Below the pieces are notes generated by a model that saw only the letters and a list, made by a program, of their open reading frames with translations, ran no database searches and had not been told where the DNA came from. Positions 41,513 through 53,715 of a DNA stretch of 64,000 nucleotides are shown piece after piece. Made by a program: the position numbers and the translations under genes. Every line of letters starts with the position of its first letter. Positions within the stretch are counted from its first letter, which is position 1. The stretch comes from Carpediemonas membranifera BICM (taxonomy: Eukaryota; Protista; Fornicata), in assembly GCA_019828565.1 (NCBI GenBank), contig JAHDYR010000014.1:186001-250000 (forward strand), read 5' to 3'.

Positions 41513-44500
41513 ATGTCGGATTCGATAAGTCTAAAGGACTTTGTAGTCTCCGCATGCGACTACATCTTCGCTGACTTACGAAATAGCATCGGCGCGTTCG
41601 TCTATCTTTCGTATTTCGTTCACACAGCCTTGTCGAAGCCACTGGCGGCGAGACGAGCATCATAGACTCCACACCGGAGTTCCTAAAGACGTTCCACTAC
41701 TACCAGGCCATGCTCCTTCGTCTTGGCGGCCTGATCAAGTTTGCCTCGGACAACCTAGCTGACTACAGCCATCTGGAGATCCTCACCGGCCAGCTGGGGT
41801 GTATTGCATCAGCACCAGACATCCTGGCCCGCTTCCTGATCACAGGCCAGTCCGCCTTCATCAGCCGCACCCCCCGCCTCGTCGTGCCGCGGTCCATTGA
41901 CCTTGCGGCCATGGGAGAGTACCGCCACTTCCCCCATATTATCCAAGACCCCTTCATATCCCGTAGAAACAGGTATGTTCCCCGTACCCCGACCGAGAGG
42001 GACATGGTGCTCGCCCGACGCTGCGTCGACCGAGTGGTGACGGCGATGATACTTAGGGAGCCGGCCCTATTTGGGCTGAAGAACAGGGGGCTGGTAACCC
42101 TGCACAGGGACGGTCCCATGACCAAGCTCAGCTTTGCCCACGCCCCATTCCGCCCTGACTTCGTCCTGACTCTGTTTCCCCGTCTCGACAATGAAACTGC
42201 CAAAGTGTACACCCAGGAATGGTTCAGCAGCTACGGGGCTTTCACTGCACCCACGCTGCCTGATATAGACACCCCGGCCGCCCTGGTGGGGCATTGCTCC
42301 TGGGATTGCAGCAGGTTCGTCGAGGTCGTCAACCCAAGCCTCTATACCAACGATGCTGGCAAGAACAGCATCGCTGGCCGTATTGCGACCGTGGCATCGG
42401 CCTGTGTAGCCAAGGGGGGCGGTCTTGTCGACCTTGTCACTGCCCTCGGCGTTGAGGCGACGACCATGGAACTCCTCGCCGTCAAGAAGGTAAGACTGCC
42501 AGTAGACTTTGAGGTCGACCTATCTGGCCTCACTGTCAAGCTGGAGATTTGGCCAAAGCTCAGACAAAGCGATGTAAGGCCGTCATTACCCCGTGAACCG
42601 GTCACAATGACCGTCGCCTATGACAAAACGACCATGACAATGGGTGTCACCACAGCACCGGCCGTCGGGCTATCCATGAGACCGCTCGATGAGCTCTCAG
42701 GCATGGTATCCGACTTTATCGACAAGCTCTCGCTCATGAGGCTCTCTGCGCTCGTCCGCCGATTCCCTGGAGCAACTATCCAGAAACGGACCGCGGAGGC
42801 TGGGTCGACGTGGGTCATGATTTCTGACTCGACTGTGACCCGCGTTGACCGCGTCACTGGTGAATTGATTGATTCTTCAGAGATCAAATTCAACCCAGAT
42901 CTAGGGTCGATATGCGGTCTTGTATCCACAACCACATTGCCCGGATCCACCATGACCGCTCCATGGGGGGCATTTGTCACACTGCCAGAGCTACGCCAGG
43001 TTCAGCCCGCCCTATGGCTAATGCTCGCGCCCAAGCCCAAGATTGTCATCTATTGGCGCCGTGTGGTAGTGGTTGGCCCTGAGCTAGATGTACCTGGGTT
43101 CAACTCCCCAGACACCCACACTTTAATCCAGCTACACTCATTCCTTGCGAGCCACCACAACAACGGCACCCACAAGACCATTGCCGAGCAGGTCCTCCAC
43201 ACTGAGTTCGCCGCCCGCCGTGATCTCCCTAACCGGATGTACAGAAACACTAAGATCAGCGCCAGCGTCGTCTCTGTGCCGGAATCGACTCAGGTTGAAG
43301 TCACTCTCACTGTCGGGTCTAATCCGGCAACCACTGTGCGGTTTGACTCATTCGACGCCGTAACCCTCCAAGCAATGGTCGACTCGACGCTGGCTTCAAG
43401 GTCTATCACCGTCTACATGGATGCAATACACCGGGTTGTCAGCGGGATGCAGCAGATGGTCACACTCGCGTCGGCTCAGAGCGGAAACGAGATCAATGTG
43501 ACCGCCGCGTATCTTCAGATGGATTCTCCAATCAAGAACATCGTTGTCCGACCGCTGAAGCAGGAGGTGGCCGTGGAGTTCTCCGATGTCATGGCAAGGC
43601 CGCTGCTGGATGATTTGGTGTACAAGCTGCACGCGACACCCGACGGTAAGCCTATGGCCATCCAGGACAAGATCAGCCGCACCATTTCCGCGCTCCCCCT
43701 CTTCAATATCATCACCGCTCTCGTCAGGCCGATTGAGACCCCCTCCTCCATGGTTGGCGTCCCCATCCGCTCGGTGATCTGCCCCTGTGACTGGGCAGTT
43801 GAGCCGTGCCCGCCCCCCATCGCCATCCCCCAGGCCAGCGTCACATCCGTCAGTATTACTGTCGGCGGGGTCGGCATCGTTGTCACCGTCGCGGTCACAG
43901 AGACGGGCGGGCGGGCATTTATCACAGACCTGGCCCAGCTCACTTGTCCCAAGAGTGGGCGACAGGTGTCAGAGCTCTATGCCGTCGATTACGGGGCCAA
44001 CCCTGCCGTCACAGCGCACAGCCTGCTATCAGAGAGCAACCGCCTGGCGGTACTGCTGAACCAACGTGACACTCATCCGCTGCCATATCTTCCATCGCTG
44101 GTCGAGCATATATTTGGACGCGACACAGATATGACTTATCGTTCATCTGCCACAGTCGGTTTCCCACTATGGCGCCTGTCCAAGCCCGGAGCTGTCCCGG
44201 ACGTCGACACCCGCATGTGCCAGGCAAGACTATGGTGTCTGGTCAAGAATCACATGCTTAGCATGAACTCAATGTACTCTACCGTCCCATCGGTTGTACG
44301 GCATCTAGAGTACTACACAGAGGCCCAGCTAGGCGCCCAGGGGGCGGGGATCGTGTTATTCAGCGCCAGCACGATGCTGGGCGAAGGCACGGTGAAGCAA
44401 CGCCGAACCATCACCATCTTCACGAAGCCACTATTCGCCCCTGCTGCGGCCGACGGCAAGGTCCATGACCCGCCCCTCTGCCTCTCGATGCAAGTGTTCG

Positions 44501-45576
44501 ACTTCCCCAGTGGGCAGCAGCCCAAGATCTTCGGTGTCGGGCCCGAGTCAGCCGTCGTCAGATACCCGTTGGCACAGAAACCGGGACAGCCACCGGCCTC
44601 TCAGCACTCTGTGGCGAGCAAGGTGCTCGCCGACATGTTCAGGAACGCCGTCTACACCAACGAACCGGAGAGACTGGCGAGCATATTCGCACTTGTTGCC
44701 ATCCCCACGAATTACGTACTGTACGCCGTCCTCAGCCAGTTCTTCTACCCCACCCCCAGTGCTAGGGCCCATGACGAGGACTATGACTTCTCGGGACTTC
44801 TCACAATGAGATCAGTCATGCGTCAGGACGAGATCAACCCCCAATGCGACGGGGGAAAGGAAGCATGGTGGGCCTTCGTCTCAGTCGCCAAGGTTCCCTA
44901 CGACAACCTCCCCAGCAACTACGTCAGTGGCTTCAAACTTCGTATGATGGTCAAGTGCAGGTTAAGGCTTCAAGGCCAGCCGCAGTCGGCACCTGTAGAT
45001 GTGATGGACGAGGCGAACGGCATTTACATACCACTGGACCTCCATGTAGTCTTTGCACCAGACCCAGCCGGCCAGCTTCGGCCTAGCGTTACTCTCAGAC
45101 TACTTCATTCAGCACAGAGCAGGTTAAGGCAGGGGACTCCGTTCGTCCAGATGGGGCGGGCAGTGGTCGTTAAGAGCGACAAGTTGGAGCTGCTGAGGTT
45201 TGCAGACGGTACTTATTCCTATTTGAACGAGGGAGCCCTTGCCAACGACCGTGTGACGCGTTACTACTACCAGGGTCATGTATGCGACGCCGTCAACAGC
45301 AGAACGGACGCGGCGTGGGCGGGGATCGGGCCAAAGATCTCCCAGGCGGTGCACCAGCAGACAACTACCGAGGGCCAGCCATACTATGGTCTACCGAGCA
45401 ACACCCTCTTCATGATCCTCTTCTTGAGGAACTCATTCAACTATATCAGACAGGTGCTGGATGAACAGGCGCAGGGGACCATGAGGTCGGCTCAGCACAC
45501 AGTGGACGAGGGTGCGCTTGTCGTTGTGCCGTCGCATCGACCCAAGACGATCTCGTTTACACGTAAGAGCGGGTAA
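41513..45576 (+). CDS. MED14: Divergent Mediator subunit MED14-like protein; one intron at 41596-41627
   Basis: The spliced N-terminus SISLKDFVVSACDYIFADL...FHYYQAMLLRLGGLIKFA...SIDLAAMGEYRHFPHIIQDPFI parallels the MED14 N-terminal blocks as I recall them (RLLALVKWA; AIDVLTTGSYPRLP.CI.D.II). The ~1340 aa length also fits. Confidence 0.65.
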
Positions 45577-45949
45577 GATGGTATTAATAAAGGATGTTAC
45601 TGGATGACTACATGCCACTCTTGATCGATGCCAACGCTTGCTTTCGGTCCCCACTCGTCCGCAGCAGTCTTGCTGATCGGAATGATCGGCAATCGGAGGA
45701 CAGTTTACGTGGTCAGGTGGTGGAGGCGGTGTACCCGGGGCGGCCCGTCTGGCCAGTCTGCCCCGGGGAGCCGGACCTCCCCTCCGAAAAAAATATACTG
45801 CTCCCTGGTTGGAGATCACCGGGCGTTCTTGCCTGAGTGACTCCAACCGACTCCGCCGCCAGATCAATTCCGATCCTCGAGTCGCTCCGCGACTCGGCCG
45901 AATCTCCCATCTGGGAGTGCCGTCACAAGAACAGTGGAGGGCTTGGTTG

Positions 45950-47662
45950 ATGATGGACGCCAGATCCTCGAGCGATGTTGTCAGACATGCTCTAGAGGAG
46001 GCTTATCGTCTTTCTGTGGCCGTAACGGCGGATGTCCCGGGGAACATCCCCTCGCTTCTTCGCCACGCTTATTACAGGCATTTCAGCAAGGTTATGCCGG
46101 TCCTACAGGATCGGGATGCGTGTACTACCCCAACTGGTGATGATGCGATCGATTCGCTTCTCGCCATGATCGCCGACATTCCCACTCTCGCCGAGAAGGC
46201 ACAGGCCTCCCTTGACCGCGCCTGCTCGATCCTGAGAGACGGCCCACCGCTCAGTATGAACATACCTCTCAAGTCAGGCGAGACCCTGCCCGAGAGCGTC
46301 TTCACGCTGCTACAAGGCACGGTGTGGGCCTTGCTGATGAGCGCAGGAGCCAACCCAGACCTAAAGCCACATAGGAGAGACAAGCGGTGGGTCAAACTAG
46401 ACAAATATATCGATATTTACGACAAGCGGTCCACCCATCTCTGGTTTGTGTGTCGGAAGTTCTACTTTGCCCACCAGCGCGCCGAGAAGGACGGGGACGT
46501 CTCTCTTGATGACGCACTCTCCATGGGCCACCGGCAGTACGCGGGCAGACTGTTTGGACGACTCAACAGCGTGATGTTCGGCCTCTCCAACGACCGCAAT
46601 CCTGTCATGTTTCAGCGAGCCCAGCACATCCCGCCCGTGGTGAACGTCACTACTGACCGCACCGACCGGCCATTCGTTGTCGAGCGGCGAGACCGTCCTC
46701 TCGTCATTACCACTGCGAGGGGGCTCTACTTCTGGGGTGTATTCGCCCATGGTCGGCTTGACTGTCCCATCGTTCTTAAGCCCAGCAGAGTTGACATGTC
46801 ATACTGCACCAAGGCGGTCGAGTTCGAGTCACGGCTCCCGGCCTGGCACAAGGACCGCCTGATCTCCCAGATCGTTGTCCACGATGACGTCTTCGTTCTC
46901 ACCCCAGTCGGCGCCCTTGTCGCAGGGGACAGCGTGCATCGGTACGGCGGCCCACCCGACCATCTCAGGGAGGACGCCTACCTGGTGAGCATCTGCTGCA
47001 CGCTCTACCCCGTACCCCTACCCGACGGTCTCACCCCCACTGCTGTCTCATCAGATGTCGGGCTGACCGTGCTTACTGCCGGCAGACGGCAGTTCATTGC
47101 CGGAGTGAATGGCGGCGGTCAATTGGGACTGGGGCACACTGAATATCTCGACAGATTTATGGAGATCTCTTACAGATTTGACCGTCTTTTGAGCTGGAAT
47201 GGGGACTTTGACTTCAATGTCATGCTCAGCGGTCACCAGATCTTGTACGCTGGCGAGATACTGGATGTATTCCGGCCATTCCTCGACGACCACAGGAGGG
47301 CCAGCACTCCTACCCCTCTCCACTTCCACCGGCCTGTCCGGAGGTTCTGGTGCAGCGCCGCACAGGTGTACTGGGTTCACGATGGAGTGACATCTGTCAC
47401 ACTGGCACAAGGGGAGGAGATCGTCTCGTACGAGGTGGGTATAGAGGCATTCAGGATGAGTGGATCATTTATCCGGGATACGTATGACATCCGGCGTCTC
47501 TTCATGGACTGTGATGGCGTGTGGTACTGTGTGGATGAAAGAGGGGATGGCGCGACGTTCAAGACGAGCAGCCCAGTCGTGGTGGACAACGCGAGTGTGG
47601 ATTCTATGCTCCAGGAGAAAGGGTATGTGGAGCTATTTGAGGTAGACGTAGATGCCGAGTAA
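45950..47662 (+). CDS. Lineage-specific RCC1/BLIP-II-like repeat protein
   Basis: GLYFWG...GRL and FIAGVNGGGQLGLGH RCC1-type motifs. The first in-frame ATG is at 45950. Confidence 0.7.
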   Translation: MMDARSSSDVVRHALEEAYRLSVAVTADVPGNIPSLLRHAYYRHFSKVMPVLQDRDACTTPTGDDAIDSLLAMIADIPTLAEKAQASLDRACSILRDGPPLSMNIPLKSGETLPESVFTLLQGTVWALLMSAGANPDLKPHRRDKRWVKLDKYIDIYDKRSTHLWFVCRKFYFAHQRAEKDGDVSLDDALSMGHRQYAGRLFGRLNSVMFGLSNDRNPVMFQRAQHIPPVVNVTTDRTDRPFVVERRDRPLVITTARGLYFWGVFAHGRLDCPIVLKPSRVDMSYCTKAVEFESRLPAWHKDRLISQIVVHDDVFVLTPVGALVAGDSVHRYGGPPDHLREDAYLVSICCTLYPVPLPDGLTPTAVSSDVGLTVLTAGRRQFIAGVNGGGQLGLGHTEYLDRFMEISYRFDRLLSWNGDFDFNVMLSGHQILYAGEILDVFRPFLDDHRRASTPTPLHFHRPVRRFWCSAAQVYWVHDGVTSVTLAQGEEIVSYEVGIEAFRMSGSFIRDTYDIRRLFMDCDGVWYCVDERGDGATFKTSSPVVVDNASVDSMLQEKGYVELFEVDVDAE

Positions 47663-47677
47663 AGAGTCCTTTCCTGT

Positions 47678-48103
47678 TCAGTTGAACACGACACGATCAT
47701 CAGCCACAGCCCACCCCAGTCCGCCACTGACGTCGTCCACCCCTATCTCAAGTCTGTTGTACATATGCCGGCCGACATCCTCGGGCATCTGGTCGGCCAT
47801 CGGCATTGCTTGGTGCGGGATGCGGGATTTCGTGATGTCAATGGCGTTTGGCTCGTAAATAGGAATCCCAGTCTTATCAGATAGGTATCTCTTCTGCCGC
47901 TCGACGAGGTTTCCTACTCCTGCATGTTTGATGAACGAGAGCACTGGGAACATGATCGAATCAATCTGCATTCGTATCGAAACATCTGAAGGACAGAGCT
48001 CTGAGCTTTCTACAGCTCTATGTGTTGTGTGTGAGGCATACAAGTCCTTTGGCTCAGGAGAGACCGAGAGAATTTTGGTCATTTTTCGTCTGTTCATTTG
48101 CAT
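47678..48103 (-). CDS. Hypothetical protein (~135-141 aa)
   Basis: ATG-initiated ORF that fits between a convergent and a divergent neighbour. No motif recognised. Confidence 0.5.
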   Translation of the reverse strand: MQMNRRKMTKILSVSPEPKDLYASHTTHRAVESSELCPSDVSIRMQIDSIMFPVLSFIKHAGVGNLVERQKRYLSDKTGIPIYEPNAIDITKSRIPHQAMPMADQMPEDVGRHMYNRLEIGVDDVSGGLGWAVADDRVVFN

Positions 48104-48305
48104 TGGAGTTGCTGTCGCCGCGAATCAATCATGTGAATATATTTGGGCTGGGCCTGTTCCTGAGTCACCCAGCATTGCAACAGACTCTGTATGAAATTTG
48201 TCATAAACTGCACATTACTTTAACCTGCACAGTAGAAAATTCGCCGTCCGATTGGCTACATCAGCAATGTACAACGGAATTGGGGGATTTCAAAAGCAGA
48301 GCATC

Positions 48306-48773
48306 ATGAACCGTCCCATTAGGGCGCCATCTACAAAGAACGAAACAACTCTGGAGAAGGAATACATGCGTGAACAGCGTCGTCTCGAGCTGATCAGAGA
48401 GAAGCAGGAAGAGCGTGAATACGAGCGCCTCCGCGCATTGTATGGGACAGAAGAGGATAAGCGTGAGATCCAAGCGAGGCTCAAGTCCGAGATTGATGCA
48501 CTCGTTGATGCCAGGAAGAGCCTCGATGAGCAGGAGAAGATGGAGGAGGAGCGCTTCAAGGCCGAGTTCGAGGACCAGATCAAGTTTGCCGAGTTCATCG
48601 AGCAAGATCACAACGAGGCCCGCAAGGAGTATGAGCGGTATGTGCTCGAAGAGAACCTGCGGCTTGAAGAGGCTGCCAAGCGGGCCAAGGACGAGGAGAG
48701 AGACATGGAGGTTGAGGAGGACATCAGAAGACCCGACTTCTTCAAGCAGGCGTTCATGCGGTCCTTCAGGTAG
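48306..48773 (+). CDS. Charged E/R/K-rich coiled-coil protein (possibly cytoskeletal or axonemal)
   Basis: EYMREQRRLELIREKQEERE... charged helical composition. The start could be 48267 or 48306. Confidence 0.7.
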   Translation: MNRPIRAPSTKNETTLEKEYMREQRRLELIREKQEEREYERLRALYGTEEDKREIQARLKSEIDALVDARKSLDEQEKMEEERFKAEFEDQIKFAEFIEQDHNEARKEYERYVLEENLRLEEAAKRAKDEERDMEVEEDIRRPDFFKQAFMRSFR

Positions 48774-49461
48774 AGGGGGAATTGTAAATCAGCTTCAAAG
48801 ACACGCTCAGCGAGCAGCTGGCCACTGAACGGTCCCTGCATCCACACGGCGGTGTCTCCAGACTCTAGGCACTACTCGAACGGGTCGTACCCCAAAGTCA
48901 AAGACGAGCATTGCCTGCAGGGAACAAGGGAATAATAAAAATCAGACCCGCCCCGCGTCAGTGTACTAGGGCACACGCCAGGCACGGGATATTTAACGCT
49001 CCTGTCTCATCTTAGAATACTCAGGTCGACCTTGCATGTAATGAACGAACTTATGACGCAGTCCTGGTTATGTGGGATACACCGGACGCAATACAGGCAC
49101 GAGGCAAAGATCCGAAATGATGCTGTCTTCTGATCCCGATTGGGGGGCTGCGACTTGAGATCCGATCGGATCGTTTTGCCTGATATTTGTTGACTGACTG
49201 GCCATACGAGAAAGCTCCTATTTACCCGCCCTGCATGAGTTCTAGAGTTCGTTGACCGAGTGATTGTGCCGAACCGGCTCTACACGTCAGTCAGCCCATC
49301 ATCCTGGGCATGTCAGTGGATAAAACTGATTGTAACGATGCATGCCTTGCCAACCACCTGGTCCTTGCATCAACAAGGCCCAAGCCTGTCTGACGGTCGG
49401 GTGTCAAAAGATCAGGGGCGGCAGTTTTGCCACTTTCGTCACACCATATCAAAAGCCTCAA

Positions 49462-51447
49462 ATGGCAGAAAGGAGGCGTGTTTCGAGGCATGCGAATGCC
49501 TCAAACGGATCAGCCAGTATCAAAGTAGTAGGGGACTACAAGATCGGCAAGACACTAGGATCAGGTGGGTTCGGCGAGGTCTTTCTCGGCGTTCACACGA
49601 AAACTGGCCGCTCAGTTGCTGTGAAGTCTCTCTCTCGCACTAAGATCCGCGAACTTCACATGGGGGAGAAGATTCAGCGAGAGATCAACATTCTGAAGCT
49701 CTTCAGGCACCCTCACATTATCAGGTTGTACGAGGTCCTCGAGACGGAGCACTCAATCTACCTAATAATGGAGCACGTCAGCGGTGGAGAGCTGTTCGAC
49801 TTCATCGTGTCCCAAACCATCACGGAAGACACCGCCAGGCGCTTCTTCCAGCAGCTCATCTCTGCAGTGTCCTACTGCCACGCCCATCAGGTTGTCCACC
49901 GCGACCTGAAGCCCGAGAATGTGCTGCTGTCCCCCCAGCGTTCCATCAAGCTGGCCGACTTCGGTCTCTCCAACATCATGGCCGACGGCGACTTCCTGTC
50001 GACGAGCTGCGGCAGCCCCAACTATGCTGCCCCCGAGGTGGTCTCGGGCAAGCACTACATCGGCCCGCACGTCGACGTCTGGTCCTGCGGCATCATCCTG
50101 TTCGCCCTACTAACGGGATCGCTGCCATTCGACGACTACAAGCTCCCCAACCTATTCGCCAAGATTAAGAAGGCGGACTTTCATATGCCCTCATCAGTTC
50201 CTGCAGGCGCCCAGGATCTCATTAGGAAGATGCTCGTCGTCCAGCCTGAGAATCGTATCACCATTGAGGGGATCCGAAAGCACGATTGGTTTAGACAGGA
50301 CCTCCCCCCCTACATCGACAAGCTGTTCGACTCCCAGCTTCCAGTCGAGACACTCAGACCTGACCCGAGCATCACAACAGAACTACTCTCCCGCGGCTTC
50401 ACTCTAGAGGAGCTGGATGACGCCATCGCCAACGAGGACCACGAGAGTAGAGTGCTCGTGGCGTACCACCTGCTCGCTGACATGCTGGACGTCGTTGACC
50501 CCACCCCCGACGTCGACCATCCGTTCAGAGACAGTGTGTTCAGCACCTACGTCTCCGATGCATCCCCCACGAAGCTGACCAGGGCTCTCTACCCCCCCAC
50601 CCCCACGGCGAAAGACAGGGACATGGCGCTCGACCTCAACGGAGACAACGTGCTCGTGATCCCGGCCACATACATGCCGAGCCCCGAGCTGGACGACGTC
50701 GTCTTCTCCAATCCCGGGTCTGTGGATTCTGTCACCATGGAGCTCAACACCCACTACGCCGAGAAGGGCCAAGTCGACACGTCCCCCAACCACCGGGCTA
50801 TCAAGCTCGGTGCCAGGGAGCGTGCTAGGTTCGTACTGGGCTTCACCATGCGGCGGACATCGCTCGCCACCCCCATGAACGTGGTATGCGTCATCCTTGT
50901 GGTCCTGAGAGATCTTGGATACGAGTGGAAGATCGGCCGGTCCATCGTGAGGGTCCAGAGCGTCCAGCAGCTGAGAGCTGAACATAACACGGGACAGCCG
51001 ACCGCCCCGATGAGCACACTAACCCCTGATGCCGCGGCCGGTGACATCCTGCCAGATAGTGACAAGATCGGCGAGATGAATGGGGGCCAGCCGCCCAAAA
51101 AGAAAAAGCGGGACCAGCCTAACGCATTTAATCTTAAGTTTAAGGTGACTCCATCGAGTGCGAAGGCCAAAGCTGACCTCGAGCTGAGATTTGGGCTATC
51201 TATCTTTACTCTGTACGATAGCCACCGGTATCTCGTCGATATCAAGAGATTGTACGGCGAATCTATGAGATTCATGCAACGGGCCAAGGATTTGATCTCG
51301 ACCCTCTCTGATCCTGAGACAATCAAGGCGGCCTGTGCCGAGCTTGGTATGAAGGTTCCCAGCGACCTGTCCGCCGTCCGTGAGGTGTTGCCTCAAGGAG
51401 AGATGTCCCCGCGTCAGCTGTCGACGCTCAGTCCGCTCAATGTTTGA
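49462..51447 (+). CDS. SNF1: AMPK/SNF1 catalytic alpha subunit
   Basis: YKIGKTLGSGGFG, KIQREINILKLFRHPHIIRLYEV, VHRDLKPEN, DFGLSNIMADGDFLSTSCGSPNYAAPEVVSGKHY.GP.VDVWSCG and a C-terminal KA1-like YLVDIKRLYGE. Confidence 0.93.
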   Translation: MAERRRVSRHANASNGSASIKVVGDYKIGKTLGSGGFGEVFLGVHTKTGRSVAVKSLSRTKIRELHMGEKIQREINILKLFRHPHIIRLYEVLETEHSIYLIMEHVSGGELFDFIVSQTITEDTARRFFQQLISAVSYCHAHQVVHRDLKPENVLLSPQRSIKLADFGLSNIMADGDFLSTSCGSPNYAAPEVVSGKHYIGPHVDVWSCGIILFALLTGSLPFDDYKLPNLFAKIKKADFHMPSSVPAGAQDLIRKMLVVQPENRITIEGIRKHDWFRQDLPPYIDKLFDSQLPVETLRPDPSITTELLSRGFTLEELDDAIANEDHESRVLVAYHLLADMLDVVDPTPDVDHPFRDSVFSTYVSDASPTKLTRALYPPTPTAKDRDMALDLNGDNVLVIPATYMPSPELDDVVFSNPGSVDSVTMELNTHYAEKGQVDTSPNHRAIKLGARERARFVLGFTMRRTSLATPMNVVCVILVVLRDLGYEWKIGRSIVRVQSVQQLRAEHNTGQPTAPMSTLTPDAAAGDILPDSDKIGEMNGGQPPKKKKRDQPNAFNLKFKVTPSSAKAKADLELRFGLSIFTLYDSHRYLVDIKRLYGESMRFMQRAKDLISTLSDPETIKAACAELGMKVPSDLSAVREVLPQGEMSPRQLSTLSPLNV

Positions 51448-51763
51448 TGTTTTGAAGCATGCTAGTTTGAACCATTGTAAATCACGGCGTGAACTCGGCT
51501 TGGGTGTAACATAGCTGGTGTGACCCATTCGATGGCTTGGTGAAAGATAAGAGCCTGCGACATATTTCGTGACACGCCTTCATGTCAGGTCGACGGTCAT
51601 CATGACGGGAAGACTGGTAATAGTTTCTATGTCGCTTATGAACAATGTACAAGCGATAACACATCATAGCGTGGCGTGTATCGTCTGCTATTGCCAGATC
51701 AATCCGGGGAATTGATTTGACAGATTTGCGCTGACACGTTGCTGACTCAGCAGAAATCGTCAG

Positions 51764-53662
51764 ATGACGAAACTCCTTCTTGTTCTAACCATATTGGCCC
51801 TTGTGGCTGCTGAGACGATCATTGGCATCGATCTCGGCACTACATACTCCTGTGTTGCCGTCCAGAAGGACGGCCATGTTGAAATCATTGCCAATGACCT
51901 TGGCAACCGTATTACTCCATCCTTCGTCTCCTTTACGGAGACTGAGCGTGTTGCTGGCGACGCTGCCAAGACCATGTCCGCCTCCAACCCCCTCAACACC
52001 ATCTTTGACGTCAAGCGCCTCATCGGCCGTGAGTTCTCCGACCCCGAGGTCCAGCGCGACAAGAAGCTCCTCCCCTTCAAGATTGTCGAGCACGACAGCA
52101 AGCCCTACATCAAGGCTCAGGTCAAGGGCGAGGACAAGCTCATGTCCCCCGAGGAGATCTCTGCCATCATCCTCACAAAGATGAAGCAGATCGCCGAAGA
52201 CTACCTTGGCGAGCCCGTCGAGAAGGCCGTTGTTACCGTGCCCGCCTACTTCAACAACGCCCAGCGCTCAGCCACCAAGGACGCCGGCCGCATCGCCGGT
52301 CTGGACGTCGTTCGCATGATCAACGAGCCCACTGCCGCTGCCATCGCATACGGCCTCAACAAGGAGGACGAGCGCAACATCCTCGTCTTTGATCTCGGTG
52401 GCGGTACCTTCGATGTCTCCGTCCTCAACATCATCGACGGCGTCTTCGAGGCCATCGCTACCTCTGGCGACACTCACCTCGGCGGTGAGGACTTCGACCA
52501 GCGCGTTATGGACTATATGGTCGGGCAGTTTAAGGCTAAGCACGACAAGGATCTCCGCGCCTCCCCCCGTGCCATCCAGCGCCTCCGCCGCGAGATTGAG
52601 AAGGCCAAGCGCACTCTGTCAACCCAGATGCGTACCACCATCGAGATTGAGTCCATCATGGCCGGCATCGACTTCTCTGAGACCCTCACCCGCGCCAAGT
52701 TCGAGGACCTCAACGCTGATCTTTTCAAGAAGACCCTTGAGCCTGTGAAGCAAGTTCTCAAGGACTCTGGCCTCCGCAAGTCCGAGATTGACGAGGTTGT
52801 GCTCGTCGGCGGGTCGACCCGCATCCCCAAGGTGCAGCAGATGCTGTCTGACTTCTTCAACGGCAAGGAGCTCCACAAGTCCATCAACCCCGACGAGGCC
52901 GTCGCCTATGGCGCTGCCGTCCAGGGTGCCATCCTCTCTGGCGACGAGAAGCGCGCCCTCCTCATCGACATTAACCCCCTCACGCTCGGCATCGAGACCA
53001 CCGGCGGCGTCATGACCAAGATCGTCGAGCGCGGCACCTCAATCCCGTGCAAGCGCGAGCAGATCTTCACCACGGCGGCCGATAACCAGCCCTCTGTCCG
53101 CATCCAGGTCTTTGAGGGCGAGCGGGCAATGACTGCGGACAACCACGAGCTCGGGGAGTTCGACCTGACCGGAATTCCCCCGGCTCAGCGCGGCGTCCCC
53201 CAGATTGAAGTAACGTTCGAGATTGACAGCGACGGCATCCTTACCGTCTCGGCCCTCGACAAGGGCACTGGCAACACTAACCACGTCGTCATCAAGCACG
53301 AGGCCGGCCGTCTTTCGAAGGACGAGATCGACCGCCTTGTAGAGGAGGCGCAGGCACACGAGGAGGAGGATAAGGTCATCAGGGAGCGCGTACAGGCCAG
53401 GAACAACCTCGAGGGCCTCGCGTACCAGTATAAGCAGCAGGTTACCGACGACGACAAGCTTGGCGACAAGCTTGCCGAGGATGACAAGGAGACCATCCTT
53501 GAGGCCGTCAAGGAGACCCTCGCCTGGCTCGACAGCAACCCCGAGGCCTCCGCTGAGGAGTACCAGGAGAAGACGGCCGAGCTCGAGAAGGTGACGAACC
53601 CCATTGTCGCCAAGGTCTACGCGGAGCAGGGCGGCGAGGATTACACGCACGACGAGCTTTAA
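51764..53662 (+). CDS. HSPA5: ER luminal Hsp70 (BiP/GRP78)
   Basis: Signal peptide, [36 protein letters not shown] and C-terminal HDEL. Confidence 0.97.
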   Translation: MTKLLLVLTILALVAAETIIGIDLGTTYSCVAVQKDGHVEIIANDLGNRITPSFVSFTETERVAGDAAKTMSASNPLNTIFDVKRLIGREFSDPEVQRDKKLLPFKIVEHDSKPYIKAQVKGEDKLMSPEEISAIILTKMKQIAEDYLGEPVEKAVVTVPAYFNNAQRSATKDAGRIAGLDVVRMINEPTAAAIAYGLNKEDERNILVFDLGGGTFDVSVLNIIDGVFEAIATSGDTHLGGEDFDQRVMDYMVGQFKAKHDKDLRASPRAIQRLRREIEKAKRTLSTQMRTTIEIESIMAGIDFSETLTRAKFEDLNADLFKKTLEPVKQVLKDSGLRKSEIDEVVLVGGSTRIPKVQQMLSDFFNGKELHKSINPDEAVAYGAAVQGAILSGDEKRALLIDINPLTLGIETTGGVMTKIVERGTSIPCKREQIFTTAADNQPSVRIQVFEGERAMTADNHELGEFDLTGIPPAQRGVPQIEVTFEIDSDGILTVSALDKGTGNTNHVVIKHEAGRLSKDEIDRLVEEAQAHEEEDKVIRERVQARNNLEGLAYQYKQQVTDDDKLGDKLAEDDKETILEAVKETLAWLDSNPEASAEEYQEKTAELEKVTNPIVAKVYAEQGGEDYTHDEL

Positions 53663-53715
53663 TGAGTAAACATAGGGCACTGTAACTGTAAGGTAACTAT
53701 AGTAAATCACCCGCA

